64,000 nucleotides of DNA from an uncultured Christensenella sp. (GTDB lineage: Bacteria; Bacillota; Clostridia; Christensenellales; Borkfalkiaceae), in contig CAJTYL010000008.1 of assembly GCA_910583855.1 (NCBI GenBank), forward strand, positions 33,253-97,252, read 5' to 3'. This document shows positions 1-12,800 of the stretch, one piece after another. Below the pieces are notes generated by a model. It was not told the origin of the DNA, did not search any database, and was given only the letters and a program-made list of their open reading frames with translations. A program made the position numbers and the translations under genes. How positions within the stretch are numbered: position 1 is the stretch's first letter; every line of letters begins with the position of its first letter.

Positions 1-2250
1 ACGAATTTACACTCGCTGTCCTCGTCCTTAATCTCGTAGTTGCCTTCGGGGATAATGTATGCGTAATGAGTGCCCGCGTTTGTTTGCGCCCCGCCGACGG
101 TAAGGAACTCGAACGTTTCCTCGTCGGGGTCATAGGGGTCGTAAGAATTGCTTAAAATTCTTATTGCAACGGGGGTTTGCGCTTCACCGTTGTATATAAA
201 CTTGTAATCTTTTGCGGGAACGTGTTTGCCGTCTACTACGACCACCCACAAAATTTGCGCGACGCTTGCGCTGTGGGTTATGTTGGTAACCTCGAATTCG
301 AGAGTGTCGTTTATGCCGAGAGGCATATAGCACGCGTAACCCGCCTTATCCGCGCTTGATAAGCTTGCATATGCGGAGTAAGTGCCGATTTCCGTCCAGA
401 AGCCCTCGGAGAACTTATCGTAAGTTACGTTGAGCTTGATAAGCGATTGTTCGCCGCTGCTCCAAACGATATTTTCGTCCGCCGCGGTAAGCACGCCGTA
501 AGCCGAAAGCCTTGCGCCGTCTTCTTGACCGAATACCGAAATGTACTCATAGCTGGGGGTTACGCCCTCTTCGAGGGGTTCCGTTGCGCCGTATTCGTAC
601 CAAAGCACGCTTACGACTTTACTTTTAATAATATTGAAAGTAACTTCGAGCTCGCCGTCAAGCACATAGTTTGCGTTGCCGATAGACGCAACCGCTTTAT
701 AGCCGTTGCCGACGCTTTTGCCCGTGCCCGTTACGGTGAGTTGCATACCCTCTGCAGTTGCCTTGGGCTGTTGCGCCGTGCCGTTGTACAGATAGGTGTA
801 TACGCCGTCTATTTCCATTGCGTTGTCGCCGAAATTCCAACTGACGGTTATCGTCTTTGCGGTGATTTCGAACTCTGCCTTGTAGCTTGCTTGGTCTACG
901 TTGGCGTCGTCCACTTCAACGGTAAGAACGTACTTGCCCGCATTTACGGGAAGGGTTGCGCCCAAGTTTTCAAGCACGTTGCCGCTTGCGTCAACCTTTG
1001 CGTAAGTTACGGTGTAGTCGAGCGCGGTGCCGTACTCGTCCTCTACGCTTACCAACGGCGATTTGCCCGCGCCGTCGTATACGCCGTTAAAGTCTTCGTT
1101 TAAGGTAACGACGAGTTCGGCTTTGGTAATAACGAAGGTATCTTCCGTTTTGCCGACAAGCTTGTAATTGTTGTTGGAGTAAGCAATTACAACAGTGTAA
1201 ACGCCCGCGTCAACGGGGGTGACTTCATTGCCGTCCGCGTCGTAATAAGTATAAGTTACGTCGCCCGACAAGTCCTCGTCGTTAAGTCCGTTTAAGGTTA
1301 CTTCTATTTCCTTTGCGTCACCGTCGTATTTAAACTCGTATTCGCTCCATCCAGCCTCCACTTCCGCTTGCGCGATTGTATAGGTTACGGAAACGGTATT
1401 GTCGGTAAGCACATAATTTTCGTAGCCGCTTTCGGGAAGCGCCGCCGTTGCGGTGCCTTTGCCGGCGTTGGTAAGGTCGCCCGCCGTTACGGTCAACTCA
1501 ACCTCGTTGCCCTCGCTATCCACGAAATATGCGGTAAGCTCTTGCTCTTCGCCGTTGTAAACGAATTCCGTGTTGCTCCAAACTACGTCTACTTTTTTTG
1601 CCTCGATAAAGAAATATGTTTCGTAAGGCATAGTAAATTCGTAGTTGTCGTCCTCGATAGAAACGACTGCTTTGTACTTACCGATGTCTACGGGTTGACA
1701 CTCGTTGCCGTCAATGTCGTAATAAATGACGTTAAGCGTTACCTCGTCGCTGCCTTTAAGCCCTTCGGGGTAAACCGTAAGGCCCTGTGCCGCGCCGCTG
1801 TATGTGAGCGTAGTTACGCCCCAACGCACGCCGAGCTTTGCCTTTTCGATTGCGAACGTGCCGCTATAAGTACCCGTATAGTTGCCCATTGCGTTAATTA
1901 CAACAGTGCCTTCGCCCGCGGCTACGTTATTTTCATAGCTTACGGTGTAGTCCTTGTTAAGCTCCAACATAGTTCCGCTAAGGAAAACTTTTACGCTTGT
2001 AGAAAGCGCGCTGCCCGTGTAAACAACGGGGTCTGCCTTGACGGTTACGTCGGCTGTGCCGAAATCTGCGGGAAGAATTTCGAACGTGAAGAAAGGATTT
2101 ACATAATTGCCCGCGTTCTGATATTTAACGTTTAAATAATATTTGCCGACGTTTACGAAGTTGGTGACCGTTCTGCCGCTTTCGTCGGTTGCGGTCGCCG
2201 TGCCGTTAGTTATCGCTTCGAATACGAACGGTCCGCCCGTGTACGTTGCC
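1..2250 (-). repeat. Tandem ~85-95-aa Ig/MBG-like beta-sandwich repeats (stalk) of the truncated giant gene
   Basis: Recurring pattern ..YTGSA....V.....L..DYTVSYENNV.AG.GTV.I...GNY.G...GTF.I.KA.. seen repeatedly in the hand translation. Boundaries are approximate. Confidence 0.7.
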
Positions 2251-3767
2251 GTCGCCTCGAAAACGTTCTCGCCGATTTCGACCTCTTCGATTACGCCGAA
2301 CGACGCGTTATGCGAAACGTAAGACCAATCTACCGTGCTTCTTTCATCCGAGGAAGAAGCCGCAACTAAAGTAACTTCCGTGCCGTTGTTGGATATAACG
2401 TAATCATCGTTATCGCTTATAAAGTAGCTTGCCTCTCTACCGATTTTGTTTCCGCTTGACGTGTAGCCGCTTGTAAGCGTCTTAGCAGACTCGCCATTAA
2501 TACCTATGTGCGTAGATGAGGGAAGTCTTCCGGTAATATTTATTAATGCGGAGGATGTAAGGCAAAGGTTGCTTGTATCTCCCGCTGAGTTAGAGTTGCC
2601 GAAAATAACGCCGCCCGACAAATTCAGAATAGCGTTTCCGGTAACAGACACGCCGCTTGCGGTGTTACCGCTGATTTCACCACCGTTCAAATTAAAAGTG
2701 CTTTCTTCATCAATAGATACACCCGCGCCACCGGAACCGCCGATAATTTTGCCGCCGTTCATTGTAAACGTAGCGTAATGATATTGACCCTGTCCGACAT
2801 AGTCAGTCTCAATGCATACATTGCCGCCGCTGTTTTCAGAAACCATGCCGCCATTCATTACAAACGTGCCGCCTAAGATGTAAACGTAGTCATTATTTGT
2901 TGAAATCGTGCCGCCGTTCAACGTAAAAACGCTGTTGTCACTGATGAATATACAACCTCTATCGTGGTCGACTGTGTTTCCGGAAATTGTACCGTCGGAT
3001 ATTGTAACCACCGTATTGTTACAAGCATATATAGCAGAGCCGCCGCCTTCGACACTGTTGCCCGTTATATCGCCGCCCGACATATTGAACGTACTGTTGG
3101 AATCAATGTAAATACCGCCGCCGTAAATGCCATAGCTGTTACTTACCGTACCGCCTAACATATTGAACGTGCCGCCGGAAACATAGACGCCGCCGCCGTC
3201 GTTTGATATGTTGCCGGTAATTTTACCGCTGCTTAATGTTAACATTCCTCCGCCGTCCACATAAATACCGCCGCCTTCGTATCGCGTGTTGCCGCCGGTT
3301 ATTGCGCCTTCACCGACAGCATCGGTAATTTCAAGCGTACCGCGATTAACGTAGATAACACCGCCGCTTTCTACCATATTTTTAAGTCCGCGGTCTATAA
3401 TGTGACCGTTTAGGTCAAGGACAATATCTGCGCCCTCGGGAACGAGAATTCTTCCGTAGCTGAAGCCCGTGCCCGTACCGAACGAAGTAGAACTGCCGTT
3501 TGCGGGCGCCGTCCAATCGTCTTCAAGGGTGAAGGTGACTTGTTTGCCGGTATCTATACTTTCTTGAACCGCAGTATTCCAAGCCGCCGCGATTTGTTCA
3601 GCCGTCATCGAACGAGCGGAAACCTCGGTATTTGTTTCTGCCGCAGCGATAACCACTCCGTTATCCGCCTTTGAGCAGATTTCCGAAACGGCTACTGCGG
3701 AACCGCACGATAGCGCCGCGGCAAGGGCTAAAATTATACCGACTTTGCCTTTATTTGCTTTTTTCAT
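1..3767 (-). CDS. Giant cell-surface protein, N-terminal ~1255 codons only (C-terminus lies left of the window); paralog of the 6083-aa protein
   Basis: Absent from the ORF track because the frame runs off the window edge without a stop. ATG at 3765-3767 follows GTGAGGTATAAATT (GAGG RBS). Hand translation: MKKANKGKVGIILALAAALSCGSAV (signal peptide, lipobox-like AALSC), then an AAWNTAVQESI head domain, GGGIY/GGGVY rungs, then Ig/MBG-like repeats. The frame computed from the start matches my translation at nt 3-59 (..YIIPEGNYEIKDEDSECKF). Confidence 0.85.
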   Translation of the reverse strand, partial: MKKANKGKVGIILALAAALSCGSAVAVSEICSKADNGVVIAAAETNTEVSARSMTAEQIAAAWNTAVQESIDTGKQVTFTLEDDWTAPANGSSTSFGTGTGFSYGRILVPEGADIVLDLNGHIIDRGLKNMVESGGVIYVNRGTLEITDAVGEGAITGGNTRYEGGGIYVDGGGMLTLSSGKITGNISNDGGGVYVSGGTFNMLGGTVSNSYGIYGGGIYIDSNSTFNMSGGDITGNSVEGGGSAIYACNNTVVTISDGTISGNTVDHDRGCIFISDNSVFTLNGGTISTNNDYVYILGGTFVMNGGMVSENSGGNVCIETDYVGQGQYHYATFTMNGGKIIGGSGGAGVSIDEESTFNLNGGEISGNTASGVSVTGNAILNLSGGVIFGNSNSAGDTSNLCLTSSALINITGRLPSSTHIGINGESAKTLTSGYTSSGNKIGREASYFISDNDDYVISNNGTEVTLVAASSSDERSTVDWSYVSHNASFGVIEEVEIGENVFEATATYTGGPFVFEAITNGTATATDESGRTVTNFVNVGKYYLNVKYQNAGNYVNPFFTFEILPADFGTADVTVKADPVVYTGSALSTSVKVFLSGTMLELNKDYTVSYENNVAAGEGTVVINAMGNYTGTYSGTFAIEKAKLGVRWGVTTLTYSGAAQGLTVYPEGLKGSDEVTLNVIYYDIDGNECQPVDIGKYKAVVSIEDDNYEFTMPYETYFFIEAKKVDVVWSNTEFVYNGEEQELTAYFVDSEGNEVELTVTAGDLTNAGKGTATAALPESGYENYVLTDNTVSVTYTIAQAEVEAGWSEYEFKYDGDAKEIEVTLNGLNDEDLSGDVTYTYYDADGNEVTPVDAGVYTVVIAYSNNNYKLVGKTEDTFVITKAELVVTLNEDFNGVYDGAGKSPLVSVEDEYGTALDYTVTYAKVDASGNVLENLGATLPVNAGKYVLTVEVDDANVDQASYKAEFEITAKTITVSWNFGDNAMEIDGVYTYLYNGTAQQPKATAEGMQLTVTGTGKSVGNGYKAVASIGNANYVLDGELEVTFNIIKSKVVSVLWYEYGATEPLEEGVTPSYEYISVFGQEDGARLSAYGVLTAADENIVWSSGEQSLIKLNVTYDKFSEGFWTEIGTYSAYASLSSADKAGYACYMPLGINDTLEFEVTNITHSASVAQILWVVVVDGKHVPAKDYKFIYNGEAQTPVAIRILSNSYDPYDPDEETFEFLTVGGAQTNAGTHYAYIIPEGNYEIKDEDSECKF
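2575..3380 (-). repeat. Parallel beta-helix type rung repeats (GGGxY ... TFxMxGGxIxxN) inside the truncated giant gene
   Basis: Translation shows repeated units such as GGGIYVDGGGMLTLSSGKITGN, GGGVYVSGGTFNMLGGTVSN and GGGIYIDSNSTFNMSGGDITGN. A cap follows: NLCLTSSALINITGRLPSSTHIGING. Boundaries are approximate. Confidence 0.8.
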
Positions 3768-3843
3768 AATTTATACCTCACTTTTTCCCCTACCCTCCCG
3801 ACGGTTCGGGAGGGCGGAGAGAATTGTGTTTCCTTAAAAAGCC

Positions 3844-6800
3844 TTATAAATCACTTTCTGCAACGTCATCATAGAAGCCGTCGTCGTCAGAAGATTTTCT
3901 GCGTTTGACGAGTATGATTACGAGTGCAATGATGATTGCCGCCAAAACTATCGCCGCAGCGATAATTAACCAAAGCTTCCAATCTTCTATGCTTGCGCCG
4001 ACCGTTGTGCCGGGAACTTCACCCTCGTTAGCGGGTTCGTTAATGGATACCGAACGGAGCGCGTTTTCTTCCGAGATTGCGAAGTTTTCGCCCTCAACCG
4101 TAACGAGTAAGCTGTGTCCGCCCACTGCGGTGAAGTCGCCGTCAACCGTTACGGTAACTTTGACTTTTTCGCCGTTAACGGTGATTTCGTAAACACCGTC
4201 GGATACTTTGCAACCGTCGTCAAGCGTTATGCCCTCTACCTTGACTACGGGCATATGAGCCGCGCCGTCATAGGTGTAGTTGAGGTTGCTTTCGTCGCCC
4301 CAATCGATATCGAGAACGTACTTGGTGATTTCGATAGCCACCGTGCGCGTGCTTGCCTTGTAGATGCTGTATCTTTGGTCTGCGTTTTCGTTAAGCGCGA
4401 AGATTACTTTGTAGTTGCCTACGGGAAGTCTGCCGCTTACTTCGTTGCCGTTTTCGTCAATGACTTTCGCCGTTACCCATTCAAGGAAGGTTTCCTTGGA
4501 AATTACGCGGTTAAGGTCTTCGTCGTAATTTGCATAGCCGCTTTCCAAAAGCGTCTTTGCAAAGTCTTCTGCGGTTTCGAAGCCGTAGGTTTCGGTTAAG
4601 GTCTTGCTGCCGTCAACCGTTACATAGAGGTAATATTCCGCGTAGCTTACCTTGACAAGCAAGCGGCCGTAAAGCGTTTCGTGGTTGTCAACTCTTATCA
4701 TAAAGTTGAACAAGTACTCGCCTTCTTCGGTCAAGCCTTCGGGGATATCGCCCGTGTATTGGTCGCTATCGGGAGCGTGGTCGTTTTCGTCAACAAGCTT
4801 GAAGTAAGCAGTAACCGCCGCGTCTTGATAGCCCGCAAGCTTCAAGAAGTCCTTGGTGTTGGTTACAAAATCGCTTACATAGCCGTCCGTTGAACCGAGT
4901 ACGCCGTACGCGTCGTAAACATAGCCGTCTTTCTCGTCGTAGTCGACGATGATTTCCGCTTTTTCTACGACAAGTTCGCCGTCGCCCTCGTTTACAACTT
5001 TAAGCGAATAGTTATCGTTGAAGTCTTCTTCGTTCCAGCCGACGTTCAAAGCGTATACGCCGTTTGCAAGGTAGTTGCCGTCGTCGTAGCTGCCTTCGAT
5101 GGTGAGCTTAATATTCAAGTCGTCGCCGTCTACGGGCTTATTGTCGCCGTAAGTCCAACCGTTGCCGAGGCCGAGAATTGCTTCAAGCTCGTCAAGGTTA
5201 ACGTCGCCGTAAGTAAACTGCAAGTCTTTAACGTTTACGGTAATTTCAAGCTTGTTAATCTTGAATGCTGTACCGTAGTTTTCGAACGTGTAGTTGCCGT
5301 CCGCCTTGATTACGTTGCCGTTTGCGTCAACGATTACCGCGAAGTAGCTGCCCGCGTTTACAGCCTCGCCGTCGATTACGGAGTATTCGCCGCTCTCTTC
5401 GTCGTAGGTTGCAAGCTTAACGGTAAGCTCGTGCTTTCTGCCGGTTGAGTCGTAGTAGTAAGCTTCGGGCAAGTTCGCGTTGCCGTTGTATGTGAAGTCC
5501 GCACCGCTTTCGCCGTCGCCGACCCAAACAAGCGCGCCTTCCGCGGGATTAACGGTAAGCTTACCGTTTACGCCCGTTACTTCGTAGTTGTTAAGATACT
5601 CGTTCAACCACGCCGCGTCGATATAAATTTTATATTCGCCGGGTACGGTGGTGTTGACGTACGCGCATCTGAACCACTGACTGATAACGTCTGCCAAAGC
5701 CGCCTTAACTTCGTCCGCTTCGTCCGCCAAAAGTCCTTCGAACGTTGCGAAGTCGGTGGTGAACTCGGGCGCGTCGGCGCCGTAGTCGAAGGTTTGGTCC
5801 TTCGCCGTTACTGTGAGCGCAACTTTGTTGATATTGAACTCGTATTCTGCGTTAACGAGCTTATAGTTGCCCGCCGCCGTGCCTTCGAGGCTGACTTTGA
5901 TTACATATTCGCCCGCTTCGGTGACTTTTTCGCCGTCGCCCGCTACCTTTACGCCGTTCTTGGTGATTTCGTAAACAACGGTAAGTCCGTCCTTTTCGGA
6001 AGCCGAAACGGTTATTTCGGGCTTAGGCGCGTGCTTGTTGCGGTCGTATGTTACGTCCTCCCAAGTGTATTTGACTTCGATTTCCTTTTGAGCGATTTCG
6101 AACTCGTAAGTCTTGGTTTCCTCGTCAAGCTCGTAGTTGGTTGTGTCAAGCGACGCCGTTGCTTGGTACTTCGTACCCGCGTTTGCGCTGTCGCCGTCTA
6201 CGGTTACTTCAAGCTCTATTTTGTTGCCCGCAACGTCGGTGTAGTACGCCTTGGGTTGCTGCTTTTCGCCGTTGTAGACAAGGGGTGTTTCATCCCACTC
6301 GACTGCGACTTTCTTAGCCGTTACTATTACCGTCACCGTCTTCATATCTTCGGGAACGGTGTAATTTTCATCACGGCAAGTTACGGTTACTTTGTAGGTC
6401 CCGACTTCGGTGATGACCGAAACGGGTTCGCCCGCCGCGTTTGTAATTGTGACGTTGAATTCAAGGTCCTTAACGTTCGAAGTAGGCGTGGGCATTATTT
6501 CGCCGCCGCTGTATTCGTAAGTAAAGGTCAAGCCGTCTTCGGACACTTGCGCGTTCTCGTCGGTCCACTTGAAGCCGCTTTCGGCAAGGTCTTTTGCAAG
6601 CACCTTGTAGTTTTTGGTAAATTCTTCCGCGAAGTCGTAGTTAACAAACGTATCCACTGCTTGCGCGGTGTGTTCGCCCACTTCTGCTAAACCGCCGCTT
6701 ACTTCTACGGGGATTGCATTGCCGTCCTTATCGAGGAGAAGCTGCAATTCGCCGTTTTCGTCCTTATAAGCAAGGTATGCGGTAGGAGCGATTGCCGTAT

Positions 6801-9800
6801 CGTAGTCTACATAATCCCACTCGAAGTTTACGGTGTCGTTCTCTTCGTATCCGCCTACGCCGTACCAAATTACATATACTGTCATAGGTTTGATAACGTA
6901 AGTTTTTGCCGAATCGTTCTCGTTTGCGAATTCGTAGTTACCGTCGCTTTGCATAAGCGTTAAGGTATGCGTACCCGCGTCGGTTTCGAAGCCCGTAACG
7001 GTAAGCTCTGCGCCGTTTTCGCCGTTCTCGTTTCTGATATAAGCCTTGGGGGTTATATCGTCGCCGTAAGTCCAAGTGTAAACGCCGTTCTCGTCAGCTT
7101 CCAATTCGCCGAAGTCCCAATTAACTTCTATGGTTGCTTTATTGATGTAATACTGCTGCGTTGCGCTTGCGCCGTCAGCCAAAACGTAGTCCTCGGACAA
7201 CTCTGCCGTAGCAGTGTACGCTTTGTCGCGGGCATTCGTTTCCGCGCCGTAAACGGTAAGCTCTATATCGTTGCCGTCTTCGTCCTTGAAGCGCTGCACT
7301 TCGTTGTTTTCATCGGTGTACGCAAGGTAAGCCTTGGGGGCGTGCTTGCTTCCGTCGTAAGTCCAGAAGTAAATATCCTTTTCTTCGTCGTGCTTAGCGT
7401 CGCCGAAATCCCAATCAATTGTTACGGTTTGCGCAGTGATAACGTATTCCATATCGGCGCTGAACGCGAAGCTGTCCGTCACGTCAAGCTCGCCTATTTT
7501 CGCCGACTTGATATAAGCCGTTACCGTGTGCGTGCCTACGGTTGAGGTTACGCCCGTATAGCCTACTTCGAACGTAACTTCGACAGCGTCGCCGCCTTCG
7601 CCAATCGTGTAGCTTATCGTAAGCGTAGGTGCGTGCGGGTTACCGTCGAATAACCAGAAGTATCCGTCCTTTTCCGCGTCGTAACCCGTATCGGACCATT
7701 CGAAGTCGTCCTCGGTAATGGTTATCTTTTCGATGACGAACTCGCACGATGCGTTTTCTTCCGCAACCGTATAGTTAGCGTTGATGAATTTGATTGTAAC
7801 TTTGTAAACGCCCGCCTTAACGTAACCGGTCACAACGTAGTCCTCGCCCTCGGTGAGTTCTGCGCCGGTGAGAGTAACTTCGGGTTTCTGCTCGGAGCCG
7901 TTGAATGTGACATTCAAGTTGCTCCACTCTGCTTCGAGTTCCTTTGCGTTAATACTAAAGGTGCAAGAAGGTACGGATTCGATATCGACGTATGCAGAGT
8001 AGTTGCCCGCGTTGATTGCCGTACCGCCGATTACCGTTACGGTGAGGTAAACTTTGTCGCCGCTTTCGTCTAAGTAGTAAGCCTTGGGCGCTTGACCGTT
8101 CTCGTCGCCGTTATAGGTGAACACAAGACCCGTGTTGCCGCCCTTGCCGTCCTCGTAAACGTGACCGTCGTCGTCCTCCCAATAAACTTGACCTATCTTG
8201 ACTTGAACGATTTCAAACGTTGTGGAAGCCGTTCCCGTAAGATAGAAGTTGTTGTGCGCCGTAAGGCTGCTGTTGAGAACCGCGTAAGCCGTGTGAACGC
8301 CGATTTCGGACGTTTTACCCGTTACAAGGAGTTCGAGAGTAATGAAGTCGAGAGTTATCTTCGCTGCGGGAGAGTGCTCTTTTCCGTCGTATACCCAATA
8401 CCAACCGTTGTCTGCGTCGCCCGAAGCTCCCGCGCCGATGAAATCCCAAACGATTTTGCCGGCGTCTATTCCGAGCTTGGAAACGGTGTATCTTTGGGTT
8501 GCGCCGTCAACGATATTGAAGTTATCGCCGACTATTGCTTTTGCAAGGTAATCGCCCGCGTTTACGTTGCCCTCTACGGTAACGTTTACGGTAGTGAAGT
8601 CAAACTCGCCTTCGCCCGTTGCGTAAGCGTAAGGCGCTTGGGCTTTACCGCTGTACACATAGGAGTACGTAGTGTTGCTGTCATACTGACCGTCTTGCCA
8701 ATTAATAACCACATCGAGTTTCTTTATCTCGTATGCGCAAGCAAAGTCCTCTTCCTTAATATCATAGACGGAGGAAGGTTTTACCCTTGCCGTGTACTTG
8801 CCCGCATCTGCGCCGATGCTGTTTGCGTTGAGCGCAAGGATTTCGTAATCGCCGTTTTCCCTAAGATATATAGGCGTAGGCGACTGAACGTTGCCGTTAT
8901 ACACGAAACCGCCGTCGGTGAGATATTGTTCAAGCGCAACGTATTCGTATTCGTTTATAAACACTACCCACGTTACGTCGATAGGGGTCTTGAATCCGCC
9001 GACCGACTTAATGAAGAAGGTGAGCGATTCATATTCCGCTCCGTCTGCGAATTCGTAGTTTGCCGCGTCCGCCGTAGAAAGTCTTGCGTATGCGGTGTAG
9101 CCGATTTGCTCGTCTACTACCCATTCGCCTTCGTAGCTCTTGGAGTAGCTAACCACAAGTTCAAGCGTTCCGTTTGCAATCGCTACAAATCCGGGACCCT
9201 CTGCGCCGACTACTTTACCGAAGTCGAACTCTGCCGTGTCGCCCGTTTCGTATGAGTTCTTGAACGCATCGGTCCAAACTACGGAAGTTATCACAGCCTT
9301 TCTGACTTCGTAAACTTGCGAAGCGCTGCCGTCGATATAGAAGTTTGCGTTGAACGCGGTATTCGCAAGCTCAACCGCAGCCGTTGCGGAGTTAACGCCC
9401 GTAAGCGCCGTCTGCGCGTCGGTGCGCACGAGGTCGAGCGAGGAGATTATAACGCCGTCTTTGTAAACGTCGCCGTTCAATTCAACCTTCGCTTCAACCG
9501 AGTGCTCTTCGCCGTCGTAATACCAGAAGTAAACGTCCTTATCTTGGTCGTAGTTGAAGTTCTTTCCGCCCGTCCAAGTTATGTTTACGCCAAGCTTTTC
9601 GATGGTGAAACGCTGCGTTGTGGTAGTTTCGTCAAGAATGAAGTTACCGTCGTTGTTGGTAAGCGTCAAACGCACAATGTATTTGCCCGCGTTGACGGGT
9701 TGTTGCTTGCTGTAAACGCCTATGTTGCCGTTTTCCGCAACCGGAGCGTATTCAACGGTGTACGCCTCGTTAAGCGCTTCGCCCGTGATAGGGTTGATTA

Positions 9801-12800
9801 TGCTTGCAACGGGCGCTTTGCCTTGACCGTTGAACGTCCAAGCGTAGGTGCCGTCGTCGTTGCCTATCCAATCGACCGCAACGGTCTTTTGGGTTATAAC
9901 GATTTGGCAAGTATAAGTTTTGTCAAGTACATAGTTGTAGCAGTTTGCGGGAAGTTTTACGGTTGCGGTGTAATAGCCGACTGCCGTAGGAGCTTCCGCA
10001 AGCTCCTTGCCCGAACGGGACGCGTAGGTGACGTAAGGTTCTACGGTGTCGCCCGTGATTACGCCGCTGAGCACAAAGTTCACGCCGTGCTTTTCGCTGT
10101 CGTATTCGAACGTGAATTCGTCGCCCTCGTTGCCGTCCTCGTCCGTCCATACAAGCGAGAGGGTTATGCCGTTAATCTTATACTGTACGGAGGTGTTCGA
10201 AAGCACGATGTTTTTATCCGCCGTCTTTAACCCTACCGTCAATGTATAAGCGCCCGCATAGGACTGTGCCGCCGCGTAGCTTGAACCGCCGCTCCATGCA
10301 TAGCCGTAAGAAAGGTCAACGCCCGCAAGCTCGTTGCTAACGCCGCCGAGTACCGCTACGGGTGCATGAACAAGCCCGTCGTAGTTCCAATAGTAACCGT
10401 CCGTCGCGTTACCGAGAGCGTCGCCGAAGTTCCACTCTACATCTATGTATCGCGTTGTGATTGAGAAGTTCAATACGGGGTTCTCGTAAAGGTCCTCGTC
10501 AACCGTGAATTCGTAGTCGCCTACGTCCTTCATCGTTTCGGTGAATACCTTAACGGGAACGTATCCGTCATCGTATACGCAAGCGCGGATATTGTAAGTT
10601 GCTCCCGTATAGATAAGGGTGTTTACCGTCAAATCGAACCAAGTTCTGCCTTCGTCCGTCGAGTACTGCCAATAAAGCGTTGCCGGCAATACCTCGAATG
10701 TGAGCGAAGGATTGATATATTCTTCGCTGTTAATAACGAACTTGTAAGAACCTATTCCTTTGAAATTCAACGCGTCGATAGCTTCGCCTGCGCCGTTGGT
10801 TGCCCAAGTGAATGCAACGGTGTTGAATTCGCTGTTAAGCGCGCGGATAGCGTAGCTTTCACCCGCCTTGTATCTAAGCGAATAGTAAGGCGCGTCAATG
10901 CTTACCCAAGTTTTTCCGCCGTCCTTGCTGAGCTGCCAAATAAGAGAAGTTTGCGAATAGTCGTTATCCTTCAAAACCGCTTCGCCGTCTTCAAGTCCTA
11001 CCATATAATCGGTATCGTCAGAGAAGAATACCGTTTCGGGACGAAGGTTGGGGTTGTAGGCGGTGTTCTTTTCCGCAAAGCCCAACGTGAATTTCTTTTT
11101 GGAGGGGTCTGCCATAGTTACGCCGAGCCAAGCAATCATACCGTTGACGGCAAGCATACCCGTTACGGTAATAACTTGGTCTGCCGCGAGGTAAATATTG
11201 CTTTCCGCTCCGTTTGCGGTGTTGCCCGAAACTATGGGCGAGCCGCTTACGTTTAAGGTTGCCCCCTCAACGTTAGAAACATAGATGCCGCCGCCATTCA
11301 CCGCAGCCCTATTGCCGGTAATTTTACCGCCGCTAAGGTTCATTGTGGATTTGGTGTAGATATACACGCCGCCGCCGTCGGATTCAGTAGAGTTGCCCGA
11401 AATTTCGCCGCCCGTCATGTTGAACACAACTTCGTTACCCGCTAAATAAACACCGCCGCCAAAACCGGCTGAGGTATTGTTCGAAATTTTTCCGCCGGTC
11501 AAAGTGATTGTACTTGCATAAGCGCGAAGACCGCCACCCGACTCTGTTGCGTTGTTATCGGTAATCTCGCCGCCGCTCATTTCAAACGTTCCGCCGTTAA
11601 CATATACGCCGCCACCGTAGCTTGCTGTGTTAGCGCTGATAACACCGCCCGTAATTATGACCGTATTTGCTGCGGTATGAGAGTACACACCGCCGCCGAG
11701 AGTATCAGCCTTGTTTGCGGTAATTACACCGCCGTTCATGGTAAAGGAGCCGCCGTTGGCAAGCATAATACCCGCACCATCGCCGTTTTTAGTATTATCT
11801 GAAAGCTGAGTACCGTCGTAAACAGCGATATTACCACTTATTATGCCGTCGTTCATTTGAACAGTGCCGCCGTTGTTATAAATACCGCCGCCGTTTACTG
11901 CTTCATTGCCGCTGATTGCGCCGTCGTTGATAATTAACTCGCCGCCGTTTTCGACATGAACGCCGCCGCCGTTTACCGCAGTGTTGCCGCTGATTTCGCC
12001 GCCGCTTATTTCAGCTGTGCCGAAAACGCACATACCGCCGCCCTTGTTTGAATCGTTGCCGCTGATTTCGCCGCCGTTCATTTCAAACAAGCCGTATTCG
12101 GTAATTAAAGCACCGCCGCCGTTGACCGTTGCAGTATTGTTTGCAATCGTTCCGTCATTCAATATGAACGTACCGCTAGTAAGGTATATACCACCACCGG
12201 CAGAACCGTTGTTGCCCGTAATAGAGCCGCCGTTCATTGTAAAGACGCCGGAAGCCCCAATCACCACGCCCGCGCCGCTTGCTCCGATATTAGCATCGTT
12301 TGCGGTTCCGCCGATTGTGCCGCCCGTCATTTCAAACGTGCCGCCGTTAACATACACGCCGCCACCGCCGTTTGCGCCTACGCTGTTACCGGATATTTTA
12401 CCGCCGGTCATTATAACTTTGCCATAATTGCAATAAACGCCGCCGCCCCATGTGCCGGTATTGTAACCAATAGTGCCACCCGTCATTTCAAACGTGCTGC
12501 CGTTAACATACACGCCCGCGCCGTTTACCGCAGTGTTGGCAAAGGTTGTAGCCGTGCCGCCGATGTAACCGCCTTTTGCGATAAACTCGCCGCCCGCCAC
12601 ATACGCGCCGCCGCCGTTTTCGCTTGCGGTGTTGTTGCGGATATAGCCGCCGCTTAACTTAACCGTACCGTTGCTGTAAACGCCCGCGCCGTTAGTTGCT
12701 TCGTTTGCGTAGCCCGTACCGCCGATTGCGCCGCCCGTCATATTTAACGTGCCGCCTTCTTCAACGTAAACGCCCGCGCCCTCGTCGGCAGAGTTGCCGC